From: Antedon mediterranea
Lineage: Eukaryota > Animalia > Echinodermata
Length of the DNA: 64,000 nucleotides
NCBI RefSeq assembly: GCF_964355755.1
Contig: NC_092680.1
Location: 12,967,045 to 13,031,044 of the forward strand
Reading direction: 5' to 3'
Made by a program: the position numbers and the translations under genes. How positions within the stretch are numbered: the first letter of the stretch is position 1; each line of letters starts with the position of its first letter. Of this stretch, positions 47,262-58,794 are shown in pieces. Below the pieces are notes generated by a model. It was not told the origin of the DNA. It saw only the letters and a program-made list of their open reading frames with translations, and ran no database searches.

Positions 47262-48829
47262 AGGGGGATTCTGGGTTTAAAATTGCTTTTAAATATCGTT
47301 TATTTATCAAATAAAAAATATTATAACAATATAGACATTTCAGAATGAAGAAGTAATAACGAGAAATTAAATAAATTAAATTTCATATACATTTTAGGGT
47401 AAATTCATGGAAAGTCTGTTTTTTAGCAGCTTAGGGAAGCTCATTAATATTCATGAGATATTCACAAAATCACGTCACCAGTGGATTCCAAACTCGCGAC
47501 GTCATGTACGTTGTGTTTGTCAACTAATTTACATCTCTCTCCCCTGTCAAACGACGACCACCATTGTGAAATACAGTTTTTGTAGATTTTCTAAGCTAGG
47601 CCTAAAGTGTAATAATAACAGTAGTAGCATATATTTAATTGACATTTAATGAAATACAAAATTTAGTACAGATACGGAGTAATAAATTATACTATTTTTA
47701 TACCTCTATAGTACAGATCGTATTATCGGCTTCACGTACAATACTACTCTAGGCCTAGCCTAATAATAATATGGGCGAGAGCCATTCTGACTAGGGATTC
47801 CATGCCACGATGGCTACGTTAAAACAATGGGGCCCATGGGCCTAGCTAGCCTACTACTAGACGATTGGCCCATAAATAAATAACAAAACCCATCCTATCA
47901 ACCAAACTCCTAAACAATCTAAACCTAAAACATTCTACAAAATCGGCTGTAAATATTGAAGCAAAACAAGGTCCGATCGCCGTCCACACGTATGGTGTCC
48001 CGATCGTCTAAGTAGGCCTAAAATAAATAGGTTTAGTTTACTCTCCAAAAAAGCGGATACTCATGCATCAAGCAAGTTGACCAGGTAGTGTAGGAAGGAG
48101 ACCTAGCCGATCCGGCCCAGTTAAAAATTGAGCTAGCTAGTAGACCCTATGCGAATTGATTCTACCAGGCCTTTTACTATAGGCTGCACTACACAAATAT
48201 TCCAACTCTCTCATTCGAGCTATATTATCTATACCATTCAGGTAGGTCGAGTCGATCTTCAATCAAATACTGTACATCGTTCATGTTGTGATTATAGACG
48301 GGGTATACTCGACCCGACCAGTTTGGTATTGTTGTATCTGCTTATCACGTGACGATGCCAGGCATGGGCAGCAGAGAGAGCACGTGTATCGTCGTCTCGC
48401 TCGATCCTCAGCAGGAATGTACAGTATACGTTACGCTTCATTGATTTTGATTTTTCCCTAAGTCGGTGCGAAAATCGACAAACGTAAAGTGCAAACATAT
48501 CTAATTTTTCACTGTTTTGATGAATTTTCATAAAAAATTGACTTTATAAATGGGAAGACCGACTAAAATTACATCAGATAAGTATAATTTTACAAAAGTA
48601 ATTGATATGGTTTATGATAACGAGTCGTCGGAAGATGGACCATTTCACGAATTTCCTATTTTGTAACCACAGTGTGATTTTGCCGTAGCTGCACTTGTAA
48701 TCTGGCCTGATTTCACAGCCTTCGTTCTGCTTCACTGGACGCTTATATAAATTGAAACTTTTACCGTTCAAGAGACAAACAAATATATTTTACATTTGTT
48801 ACTATTCATTTTAAACCCGGAACCCCCCT
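47262..48829. mobile_element. TTAA-flanked non-autonomous TIR element (Kolobok-like) inside the LTR of BEL/Pao 1
   Basis: TTAA|AGGGGGATTCTGGGTTTAAAAT ... ATTTTAAACCCGGAACCCCCCT|TTAA. Confidence 0.75.
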
Positions 48830-48851
48830 TTAAGTAATTAAACATACTAGT

Positions 48852-49551
48852 TGTTAACTTTGAAATGTATAATGTCGCCCTCTATTTCATGTTTGGTGAG
48901 CAAGAGGTGACTTTTCTCCTAGTAAGGTCAGATTGCCATAGTAACGGGCAGACTTTCGGAGAGTTATGCTTTGGGATAGTTCATAGCCTAGATAAATACA
49001 TTGATAGTTAAAAATATGTACTGTAATCTATAGGTTCTGGTGAAGAAACAGGTGTAAGTTTATGATGCTTTATATTTAGATAATATAATCTTTTGTATCA
49101 TTTAACTGTAGCCTACTAGATAATTACAAATTACTGACTCAATTATACTATAATCTAGGCCTAGGCCTACTGTTAAATTGAAGTAATGGTAATACAGTAA
49201 TGATGAATCGATCATTTTCTATAAATCTAGTTTAATATGATTGTTGAGCTATTTAGCTTAGATGTTCCAATTGTTATACCAATTGATTATTTAATTACAA
49301 TGACGGCTTTAATTATCCATTAATTTACAGTTTAAACCGTTCGATCTATCGTTCGTTCCACTGCTGTGTGTTCGTTCAACATCTATCCATTGTGTGCTCA
49401 ACCAATTGTTCGACCATTCAACCAATCGTTTTACCAATTTGTCAAATCGTTCGTTTCATTTCCGTGTTGAATAAACATTATTTATCTATACCTTTGTGAA
49501 CGCGTTTAATTCGTTTTGACTCCCAGAACCGCACGTGACGTCAAGGTTACA
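48852..49551 (+). repeat. 5' LTR of BEL/Pao 2
   Basis: TGTTAAC...GGTTACA, direct repeat of 57725-58424. Confidence 0.95.
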
Positions 49552-49725
49552 TAAGTTTAAAATCTATCTTCTACTGTAATAATCTATCTCTAAGATGTTT
49601 GACGTTGAACCAAGTGATTCAGTGAGTTGCGTAAGCTCCAAACGCTCATCATCGAGCAGCAGATCTAGGATCCGGGTTAAGGCTGAAGCTGCAGCATTAG
49701 GGAACGAGCTGCCAGACAGAAAGAA

Positions 49726-52700
49726 ATGCATGACTTGGAAATGCAGGAATTGGTGCTCAAACAAAAGAAGGCTGATGTGGAATTGCAAATTGAAATCGGG
49801 GCAATTGAAGCAGCCGACAAAGTTTACAACGAAGCTGAACAGGACGAGGATGAGGCAGTAGATCGTGAACTCGAAGATCTTTCTCTACCAAAGCTTCAAA
49901 TTGAAACAACCACTCCCAAACTTCCATCAGGAAATCTGCCCGACCAACGATTTGCTCCTGATTATCGAGCAGAATATGTTCCAAAGGAGGAGACAGAACT
50001 GTTAGGGAATCCTATGCTGTGGCAGCCTACACCTCAACCAGCAGTGTTCCAACCATTTAATCTGGATGCTCCTGTATTCCACCAACACAAGCAGATCGAT
50101 GCCATAGATAGACTGGCATCCACAATGATGAGAGCACAAGATAAGCAAAATGAAGCATTGAGACAGATCGTCCAACAACAGAAACAAAGTGTTACTGCGC
50201 TTACCTTGCCTAACCCGTCAATGAAGTTATACAGTGGCAATCCTGCTGAATACTGCGAGTTTGTCACTTCATTCAAACATCTTGTTGAGAACAAAACTGT
50301 GAGCCAGAGTGCAAGACTGCACTACTTGGTACAGTACACGACTGGGGCTGTACAAGAGTTGATGAGAAGCTGTCTATCGATGAGTGATGATAAAGGATAT
50401 GTTGAGGCGAGACGCTTGCTAAAGGAAAGATATGGACAAGCATACAAGATAGCTGCTGCCCACGTTCAACTCTTGCTGGATTGGCCGATTATCAAAGTCG
50501 AGGATGGCATAGCTCTACAACGCTTCTCTACTCAACTAACAAGCTGTGCAAATACACTTCAGGAAATTGGATACCTTAGCAAGCTAGATAATCCAGACAA
50601 TCTTCGGAAAATCATTGAACGTCTTCCGTATCGACTAAGGCTAAGATGGCGGGAAGTGGTTGACACTATCATCGTAAAGGAAAAGAGAGATGTGAATATT
50701 AAGGATATTACCAAGTTTGTCACCGATAAGGCTAGGGTAGCAACTCATCCAGTCTTTGGTAAAATAGAGCCAGTGAAGTCTACCAATTCTCCAAATTCGG
50801 ATAAATTATCGACCAACCACAAATCTAGCAGTTATGCCGTTCACAATTCTCAGTCAAACACACCTGTAACATCACAACCAACGTGTCCGCTATGCTGTGA
50901 GGACCATTGGCTCTCCAGATGTGAGCAGTTCCGACGGAAGTCACTCAACGACCGATGGAAATGTGTAAATGACAAGAAAATCTGTATCAACTGTCTTATA
51001 TCCGGATGCACGAAGAAACACTCAACATATTTACATCCCAAAGGTGAGACTGCAAGTAATGCTGGTACTGTTGCTGTACAACCAGTTCAGACGTCTCCAG
51101 CAACCTTCAGTGGTGAACAGGTCAACATGTCGGCATCGAGAAGCACATCAACTGTTACTGGTCTTGCTGCCGTACCTGTGAGAGTCAAGGCTCCAGGAAG
51201 TGCCAAGCTTGTAGAAACCTATGCATTTCTTGATAGTGGATCCAACACAACTTTCTGCACCACTGGTCTACTAAAGCAATTAGGGATATCATCGAATACT
51301 GTAGACTTATCATTGACAACCATGAACGGAGTAAATAGACCAATCCAGTGTGAACTTACAAAGTTGGAGATTTTGGATTTAAATCATGGACATTCCGTCT
51401 TACTTCCAAACGTATATTCAGTGCAAACCCTACCAATTTCTACCGATACGATCGCTACTCCAGATGACATCAACAAATGGCCTCACCTAGCTGGGATTAA
51501 AGTAGATAAAATAAATGCAGATATTGGTATTCTCATTGGAAGTGATGTGCCAGAATTGCTACAACCGCTGGAAGTACGCGAATGCCACGACGGTGGTCCA
51601 TTCGCCACTAGAACACTATTTGGCTGGGTTGTCAACGGCCCATTGGGAAGGAAGAACTCTGGATCAACACACTGCGCTAACTACATTGATTCACATGAAG
51701 AGTTGTCAACACAGTTCAAGGACTACTGTAATCTAGAATTCAATGACAGCCTGTACAACCCTGCAGATGAAGCATCAAGAGGTATGACAGTAAATGAATT
51801 ATTGATCAATCAACGTTGGAAGGAAGGTCCAGAATTCCTAAAGCAACCTGAGAGGACATGGCCACAAAGACCAGCAAACATGGGTGAAATCCCACAAGAT
51901 GACCCAGAGGTAAAGGCAAAATCCACAGTCTGTGCTACTGGTATAAATGTAATTGACTCGATTTCATCAGTCATTAACTACTACTCATCATGGGAGAAGT
52001 TGAAGAAGTCGTTTGCATGGATTTTGAAGTACAAAGAAAAGTTACGAGAAGTGGTTCGCAGGCGTAAGGCTGGAGACGATGTTTCGTTTAATAGAAATGA
52101 CACAGTTGATCCAATCAATATTTTGGAGATGAAAGGTGCTGAAATTGCTATCACGAAGCATGTACAGAAATGCTTTGAAGACGAGCAAGTTTGTCTGAAG
52201 CATGTAAGCCTATCTCAACCCGGCAATACCAAAAAGCAACAAGCACTACCAAAATCCAGCAAGATCTACAAACTCGATCCCATCTTAAGTGAGGGAGTGA
52301 TCAGAGTAGGGGGCCGTCTTCAAAATTCACCTATCAACGGTGAAATGAAACATCAGATAATCCTACCAAAGAATCACCACATAGTGAAGCTCATTACTAC
52401 ATACTATCACCATTTATCAGGACACAGTGGACTAGAATACACACTGTCCCTAGTTCGACAGAAGTTCTGGCCGATTGATGCACGTACTGCAGTGAAGAAA
52501 GTTCTAAACGAGTGTTTCAGCTGTAAGAGACGCCAATCATCAGTTGGGAAACAAAAAATGGCTTCACTTCCGCAAGACCGAGTAACACCTTCGAAGCCAC
52601 CGTTCACGTACGTTGGTGTTGACTGCTTCGGCCCATTCGAAGTAAAAAGGGGGAGGTCAAATGTGAAGAGATATGGTGTCCTTTTCACGTGTCTCACTGT

Positions 52701-52788
52701 ACGAGCAATCCACATCGAAGTTTCAAACTCACTTGACACGGAGTCATTCATGAATGCTATGAGAAGATTCATAGCACGAAGAGGACAG
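49726..52788 (+). CDS. BEL/Pao 2 polyprotein: gag, Zn knuckles, aspartic protease and integrase N-half; RT and most of RNase H absent
   Basis: Gag (YSGNPAEYCEF...LKERYG), protease AFLDSGS, NPADEASRG, HHLSGH..CFSC, GVDCFGPF..LFTCLTVRAIHIE. The track ORF continues to 52962 only by reading into the LINE out of frame. The gag N-terminus (49595-) is frameshifted. Confidence 0.88.
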
Positions 52789-52790
52789 GA

Positions 52791-53218
52791 CAATATTCAC
52801 GTCGTAATAACCTTAGATTCTACGGTTTACAGGACTCGACAAAGTCAACTGATGATTTGGTGGCGGAGGTTATTCGCGACAAAATGGGTATCACTTTCAA
52901 GTCCGACGATATTGAAGTATCTCATCGAATCGGTCCTATTACTGACAAGCCTAGGCCAATAATTGTTCGGTTCAATTCAATCAGGACCCGTATAACAATG
53001 TGTTTGCAGCCAAATCCAAACTGAAGGGTATGCCGGTTTATATCTCGGAAGACCTAACAAAAGCAAATTTCAATCTCTTTTGGAAGGTAAGACACCATGA
53101 TGGAGTTCAACGTGCCTGGACTAACAGATGCAAGATATGGGCCCTGTGTAAAGGTGAAGAAAAACCCAAGCATATCAAGAATGAAAATGATTTTGAACGA
53201 CTGATTGCTGAACATTAA
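52791..53218 (+). pseudogene. LINE ORF1 C-terminal half (RRM + CTD type), frameshifted near 52990
   Basis: QYSRRNNLRFYGL...DIEVSHRIG...PRPIIVRF, then in another frame KLKGMPVYISEDLT...AWTNRCKI. Confidence 0.75.
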
Positions 53219-53416
53219 GAACGTTTAGACTGTGCGGTGTCATTAACAGTACGTTTCTTACCGACGGAATTTGACCATTATTAATTTGTTGATTTTAGAT
53301 AGCAAAAACGTGTTCTCTTGTTTTTATTTCAATGTTTACTATGTTCGTTTGGCTAAGTGTTCTCATATGTGCTAGCGTTTTTAAAGTGAGTACTTTACTT
53401 ATTTTTTTTACTGATA

Positions 53417-56400
53417 ATGGATAATTTATTTATCATAAATTTGGGGCGTAATAATGTTCTAATGTGCATGCTTTTAATGTGCGGCGATATACATCCAAAT
53501 CCTGGTCCGGAACAGTTTACAGTTTGCCATATTAACATACGTAGTCTAATCGTTCCAGGTAAACTAGCTGAAATTCAACACCTAGCAAATTTAAATAACT
53601 ATGATATTATTGCTTTAACAGAAACATGGCTAGATCAAACTATCTTGAACCATGACATTTTACTAGACGGTTATCAAGAACCTATTAGAAATGATAGAAA
53701 CCGCCATGGCGGCGGATGTGCTTTTTACATATCTAATTCTATACACTTAGTTAATTCCCATATTTGTAATGATCTCTTGTCAGATGTGATAAGGTGTGAA
53801 ATACAAGTTTCAAACTGGACGATTTTGACTTATGTATGTTATAGGCCACCACAAAGTGATGTTCAATCTGATCAGGATCTACTTGACTATTTTCAAAACA
53901 GTACTAATAACTTTGTTTTGTCTCGACACAGCTTAACTTTAATGATGGGCGATATGAATGCTCAAAATAACAACTGGTACAATGATGGAAACACAAATAG
54001 ATTTGGAAAATCATTTTACGAATTTTTACAACAAAACGGTTTAACTCAACACATCAATATGCCAACACGTTGTATAAAAGACCAACGGTCTTGTATTGAC
54101 CATATAGTTACTAGTCAAAATGTATATATTAATGATTTTGGTGCATTGTGCCCACTTTTAAATTGTGATCACAGTCCAGTATATGCAAATATTGATATTC
54201 GTATCACACGGGACAAGCCATACAATCGTAAAATATATCTTTTTGAAAAAACTGATTTTAATTTATATCGTAATGCTCTTAATTCTGTAAATTGGGAAGA
54301 AGTTTATTCATCTTCAAAGGTTGAAGATGTTTGTCATAATTGGATTGACTTATTTAATAATTGTGTTGATAACTATATTATATCTAAAATTATAACTGTG
54401 CGTCCTAATGACAAGCCTTGGATTAATGCGCATATTAGAACTCTTATTCGCAAAAGAAATCGCGCCCATTCCACTCGAAATAACTCAAATTCGCATATGC
54501 AACGTTTTAAGAAAATTCGCGCAAAAGTTGTTAAAGCAATAAGAAAAGCTAAACAAACTTTTTTGGATAAACAATTTGATTTATTAATGAATAAAAACTG
54601 TGATTCAAAAACTTGGTGGTCTACCATAAATTCAGTTTGTAATTCCAAACAATATTATAAGATTCCTCCAATCAAATTAAACGATGATGTCCTAACTTTA
54701 AATAGTGAGAAAGTTAAAGCGTTTAACAATTATTTTAAATCTCAATCGTTTATTCCTAATCATGATGATTTTCCTTCGGACTTCACATATAGAACTGCAT
54801 CGAGACTCTCAACTCTCAAATTATCTGTTGATGAGATCATGAAATTATTAACTATGCTGGATAAAAACAAGGCGATGGGACCTGATGAAATTCACAGTAT
54901 CATACTAATAGAATCTGCTGAAATTATTGCACCACATTTGACAAAGCTTTATAACTTCTGCATAAGCCAAGGATATTTTCCTGTGGAATGGAAAAAATCA
55001 AATGTCATTCCTCTGCATAAAAAAGGCAATAAATCCCTTATTGAGAACTACCGCCCTATATCCATACTTTCTAACTTTGCAAAAATTTTTGAGCGTGCAG
55101 TTTTTGATATAGTATATAAATACTTTGTGGATAATAAACTTCTTACTCAATTCCAATCTGGTTTTACACCAGGTGACTCGACAACGTATCAACTTCTTTA
55201 TCTTATAGATACATTTAATAGAGCTTTAGATTTAAGGAAAGAAGTAATCTCGGTATTTTTGGATATTTCCAAAGCCTTCGATAAAGTTTGGCATAATGGG
55301 ATTATATACAAATTAAATCAATATGGAATTAATGGCACTCTTCTAAAATGGTTCCAAAGTTACTTAAACTCACGTGAGCAACGTGTTATTATTGAAGGAA
55401 CTACCAGTCCTTGGGTGACCATTACAGCAGGAGTACCCCAAGGATCTGTTTTGGGTCCATTTTTATTTATTGTATTCATAAATGATATGGTTGATAATAT
55501 CAAATCTAATATTAGTTTATATGCAGATGATACTTCGTTATATGATATTTGTACAGATCGTAATATTTCAGAACAAAAATTAAATGGTGATCTTAATGTC
55601 ATTTATAATTGGGCAAAAAAATGGAAAGTAACATTCAATGCTAACAAAACGAAAGCTATACTGTTTACACGTAAACATTTAGATAACTATGTTAATTTAA
55701 ATTTCAATAATGTAAATCTACAATTTGTAAATGATCATAGGCATCTTGGTGTAATGCTTAATGCAAAACTCAAGTGGGATTCCCATATCCAATCTGTAAT
55801 TAACAAAGCGTCTTTCTCTTTAAATATGCTACGTCGTGTCAAACATATTCTACCTCGACAGGCTCTCTGTCACATTTACATATCACACGTTAGACCATTA
55901 ATGGAATATGCAGCTCCTGTTTGGTGTAATATCCCAGTTAAATTAAGTGATGAACTAGAAAATATCCAGATTTCTGCAGGTAGAATATGTACTGGTGCGT
56001 GGAAACATACAAGTCATAATGCATTAAGACAAGAATTAGGCTGGTTATCATTGGAAAAACGTAGACAATTTCTTAACCTAATACTGTTTTTTAAAATTAT
56101 TCATAAGTTAACACCAGTGTATCTTTACTCCTTATTTAATTTTTCTGACAATATTGAAGTTTATAACTTGCGTAACATCCGAAATATAATAATTCCATTT
56201 TGTAAGACCACATCATATCGTTTATCTTTTGTCCCATCTATTATAACACATTGGAATGAGTTAAATAATGAAATAAAAAATTCCTCATTTCTTGTTGAGT
56301 TTAAAAAATTGCTACTGAAATCCAATTTGTTTGAAACAAAAAAACGTTCTTATTATGATACAGGTGATAAGAAGATTAACCAAATTCACACTAGAATCCG

Positions 56401-56722
56401 ACTTGGTTTCAGCTGTCTCAATTCGCATTTATTCTTACATGGACTTCGGGACAATCCAAATTGTACTTGTGGCTTTAATGTTGAGAATCCGCTTCATTTC
56501 TTATGTTACTGCCCTAATTATAATACACAAAGAGATATTCTACTTGTAAGCGCTAACTCAATTATTGAGGATATCTTAGCCAAGGATTTTTCTTTAACAT
56601 TTAATTTTACATTTTTAAGTGAAATTTTTATTTTTGGTTCCGATCTTCTTTCGAATTGTGAAAATGCTTTATTATTTTATTATGTACAACAATTTCTTGT
56701 TAATTCTGGAAGATTTAATTGA
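53417..56722 (+). CDS. LINE ORF2: 2A-like leader, APE endonuclease, reverse transcriptase, C-terminal Cys/His knuckle (1101 aa, uninterrupted)
   Basis: NIRSL, LTETWL, GDMNA, IDH and CDH (APE); NYRPISIL, QSGF, FLDISKAFDKVWH, GVPQGSVLGP and YADD (RT); CTCG..E...HFLCYC. Confidence 0.95.
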   Translation: MDNLFIINLGRNNVLMCMLLMCGDIHPNPGPEQFTVCHINIRSLIVPGKLAEIQHLANLNNYDIIALTETWLDQTILNHDILLDGYQEPIRNDRNRHGGGCAFYISNSIHLVNSHICNDLLSDVIRCEIQVSNWTILTYVCYRPPQSDVQSDQDLLDYFQNSTNNFVLSRHSLTLMMGDMNAQNNNWYNDGNTNRFGKSFYEFLQQNGLTQHINMPTRCIKDQRSCIDHIVTSQNVYINDFGALCPLLNCDHSPVYANIDIRITRDKPYNRKIYLFEKTDFNLYRNALNSVNWEEVYSSSKVEDVCHNWIDLFNNCVDNYIISKIITVRPNDKPWINAHIRTLIRKRNRAHSTRNNSNSHMQRFKKIRAKVVKAIRKAKQTFLDKQFDLLMNKNCDSKTWWSTINSVCNSKQYYKIPPIKLNDDVLTLNSEKVKAFNNYFKSQSFIPNHDDFPSDFTYRTASRLSTLKLSVDEIMKLLTMLDKNKAMGPDEIHSIILIESAEIIAPHLTKLYNFCISQGYFPVEWKKSNVIPLHKKGNKSLIENYRPISILSNFAKIFERAVFDIVYKYFVDNKLLTQFQSGFTPGDSTTYQLLYLIDTFNRALDLRKEVISVFLDISKAFDKVWHNGIIYKLNQYGINGTLLKWFQSYLNSREQRVIIEGTTSPWVTITAGVPQGSVLGPFLFIVFINDMVDNIKSNISLYADDTSLYDICTDRNISEQKLNGDLNVIYNWAKKWKVTFNANKTKAILFTRKHLDNYVNLNFNNVNLQFVNDHRHLGVMLNAKLKWDSHIQSVINKASFSLNMLRRVKHILPRQALCHIYISHVRPLMEYAAPVWCNIPVKLSDELENIQISAGRICTGAWKHTSHNALRQELGWLSLEKRRQFLNLILFFKIIHKLTPVYLYSLFNFSDNIEVYNLRNIRNIIIPFCKTTSYRLSFVPSIITHWNELNNEIKNSSFLVEFKKLLLKSNLFETKKRSYYDTGDKKINQIHTRIRLGFSCLNSHLFLHGLRDNPNCTCGFNVENPLHFLCYCPNYNTQRDILLVSANSIIEDILAKDFSLTFNFTFLSEIFIFGSDLLSNCENALLFYYVQQFLVNSGRFN

Positions 56723-56852
56723 TGTTTCTGTTAGTTATTTTAAAATGTTGTATTTGTTAATCTGAGGCGCCTTGAAGCTAAGATGGTTCCATCTTGTAAG
56801 GCGCCTCTGTGTAATATACTGAATAAAAAAAAAAATAAAAAAAAGAGGACAG

Positions 56853-57560
56853 CCAGAAGAGATTCGATCAGATAATGGAGGAAACTTCAAAAAGGGAGAG
56901 AAGGAACTGAATAAAGCAATTAAAGAGTGGAATCAAGGACAAATCCATGAATTCTTGTTGCAACGAAATGTGAAATGGTTATTCAATCCACCAATGGGAT
57001 CTCATCATGGAGGAGTATGGGAGCGCTGTATTCGGACAGTGAGGAAAGTCATGATGGCTGTGCTGAAACAACAAGTGCTTGATGATGAAGGCCTAAACAC
57101 TTTAATGTGTGAAGCAGAGGCTATTGTTAATGGTCGGCCGATTACTAAGATATCGGATGACCCTCGTGACATGACGCCTTTAACTCCGAATTTACTGCTG
57201 TTGCGAGGAGGGAACAACTTACCTCCTGGTAACTTTTCAAAGGAGGATATGTATCGTCGACGATGGAAACAAGTACAGTACTTATCAAATGTGTTCTGGC
57301 GACGATGGGTACGGGAGTATTTACCGTCACTGCAACAAAGACAAAAATGGAATGTGCAAAAGAGAAACTTTGCTGTAGACGATGTTGTGCTTGTTCTTGA
57401 CGAAAACACACCACGAAGTTCATGGCCATTGGGAAGAGTTCTTGAAGTGTACAGCAACCAAAAGGATGGACTTGTACGGTCAGTGAAAGTAAAGACAAAC
57501 ACATCAACGCTTGTGAGACTAATTGACAAACTGGTCCTTCTTGAGAATGCGACCAACTAA
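56853..57560 (+). CDS. BEL/Pao 2 integrase C-half
   Basis: PEEIRSDNGGNF...WLFNPPMGSHHGGVWE...NGRPIT...FWRRWVREYL...WPLGRV. Joins ARRGQ in frame once the LINE and one TSD copy are removed. Confidence 0.9.
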   Translation, partial: PEEIRSDNGGNFKKGEKELNKAIKEWNQGQIHEFLLQRNVKWLFNPPMGSHHGGVWERCIRTVRKVMMAVLKQQVLDDEGLNTLMCEAEAIVNGRPITKISDDPRDMTPLTPNLLLLRGGNNLPPGNFSKEDMYRRRWKQVQYLSNVFWRRWVREYLPSLQQRQKWNVQKRNFAVDDVVLVLDENTPRSSWPLGRVLEVYSNQKDGLVRSVKVKTNTSTLVRLIDKLVLLENATN

Positions 57561-57724
57561 TTGGAAATATGAACTTTTGAACATTACAGATTGTTCTTCT
57601 GCGTTTTATAAGATCCAATTTTGGAATTTATCTTTTCCTTATAAATTTTAACAATGTTAGGTTTTTTGTTGACATGTTTATTTTATGTAAAGGCTATCCA
57701 TACGGTGCCTTTATGGGGCCGGAA

Positions 57725-58424
57725 TGTTAACTTTGAAATGTATAATGTCGCCCTCTATTTCATGTTTGGTGAGCAAGAGGTGACTTTTCTCCTAGTAAGG
57801 TCAGATTGCCATAGTAACGGGCAGACTTTCGGAGAGTTATGCTTTAGGATAGTTCATAGCCTAGATAAATACATTGATAGTTAAAAATATGTACTGTAAT
57901 CTATAGGTTCTGGTGAAGAAACAGATGTAAGTTTATGATCCTTTATATTTAGATAATATAATCTTTTGTATCATTTAACTGTAGCCTACTAGATAATTAC
58001 AAATTACTGACTCAATTATACTATAATCTAGGCCTAGGCCTACTGTTAAATTGAAGTAATGGTAATACAGTAATGATGAATCGATCATTTTCTATAAATC
58101 TAGTTTAATATGATTGTTGAGCTATTTAGCTTAGATGTTCCAATTGTTATACCAATTGATTATTTAATTACAATGACGGCTTTAATTATCCATTAATTTA
58201 CAGTTTAAACCGTTCAATCTATCATTCGTTCCACTGCTGTGTGTTCGTTCAACATCTATCCATTGTGTGCTCAACCAATTGTTCGACCATTCAACCAATC
58301 GTTTTACCAATTTGTCAAATCGTTCGTTTCATTGCCGTGTTGAATAAACATTATTTATCTATACCTTTGTGAACGCGTTTAATTCGTTTTGACTCCCAGA
58401 ACCGCACGTGACGTCAAGGTTACA
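57725..58424 (+). repeat. 3' LTR of BEL/Pao 2
   Basis: Direct repeat of 48852-49551, followed by TSD CTAGT. Confidence 0.95.
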
Positions 58425-58794
58425 CTAGTAATTTCCTTTCAAACTTTAAGTTCACTAACTAGCTACACTGTTACCGTATTTATAGACTATGATTTCGGCA
58501 TTTAAATCGTTCTAATATAACTAATACTTTTATAATCACGTTTAATACAATAAATAGATTAACTCACCGATCGTTTCTTAAAATACTCTTAAACAACGGC
58601 GTTAATTTACTCAATTATTTCTCTTAATGTTTTCACGTTTTCTCAGAAAAGTATGCAGTCTTCTCACGTGTATTACTGTAAAACCACAACTTTGTAGAGG
58701 GCGTTAATTCCTTTCTCTAACGAAACACTCCCCCCACCTTAATACAATTACTAAAATTACCTATGTTTATTTCTTGTTTGTTTGTTTGTTTGTT

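Larger units (their letters stand above)
52789..56842 (+). mobile_element. 5'-truncated CR1/L2-group LINE inserted in the BEL/Pao 2 integrase
   Basis: TSD (AA)GAGGACAG at 52779-52788 and 56843-56852, A-rich tail, 3' UTR stem-loop at 56764-56807, ORF1 remnant plus ORF2. Confidence 0.93.
48852..58424 (+). mobile_element. BEL/Pao LTR retrotransposon 2 (internally deleted), nested in the LTR of element 1
   Basis: 700-bp TG..CA LTRs at 48852-49551 and 57725-58424 (about 6 substitutions seen by eye), 5-bp TSD CTAGT, PPT-like GGGGCCGGAA. Confidence 0.95.

Noticed and set aside
52789-52962. Novel C-terminus of the 1078-aa ORF
   Set aside because: It is out-of-frame read-through into the inserted LINE ORF1. 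The true integrase resumes at 56853.
57005-57618. Antisense ORFs of 183 and 157 aa
   Set aside because: Shadows of the integrase coding strand with no recognisable motifs.
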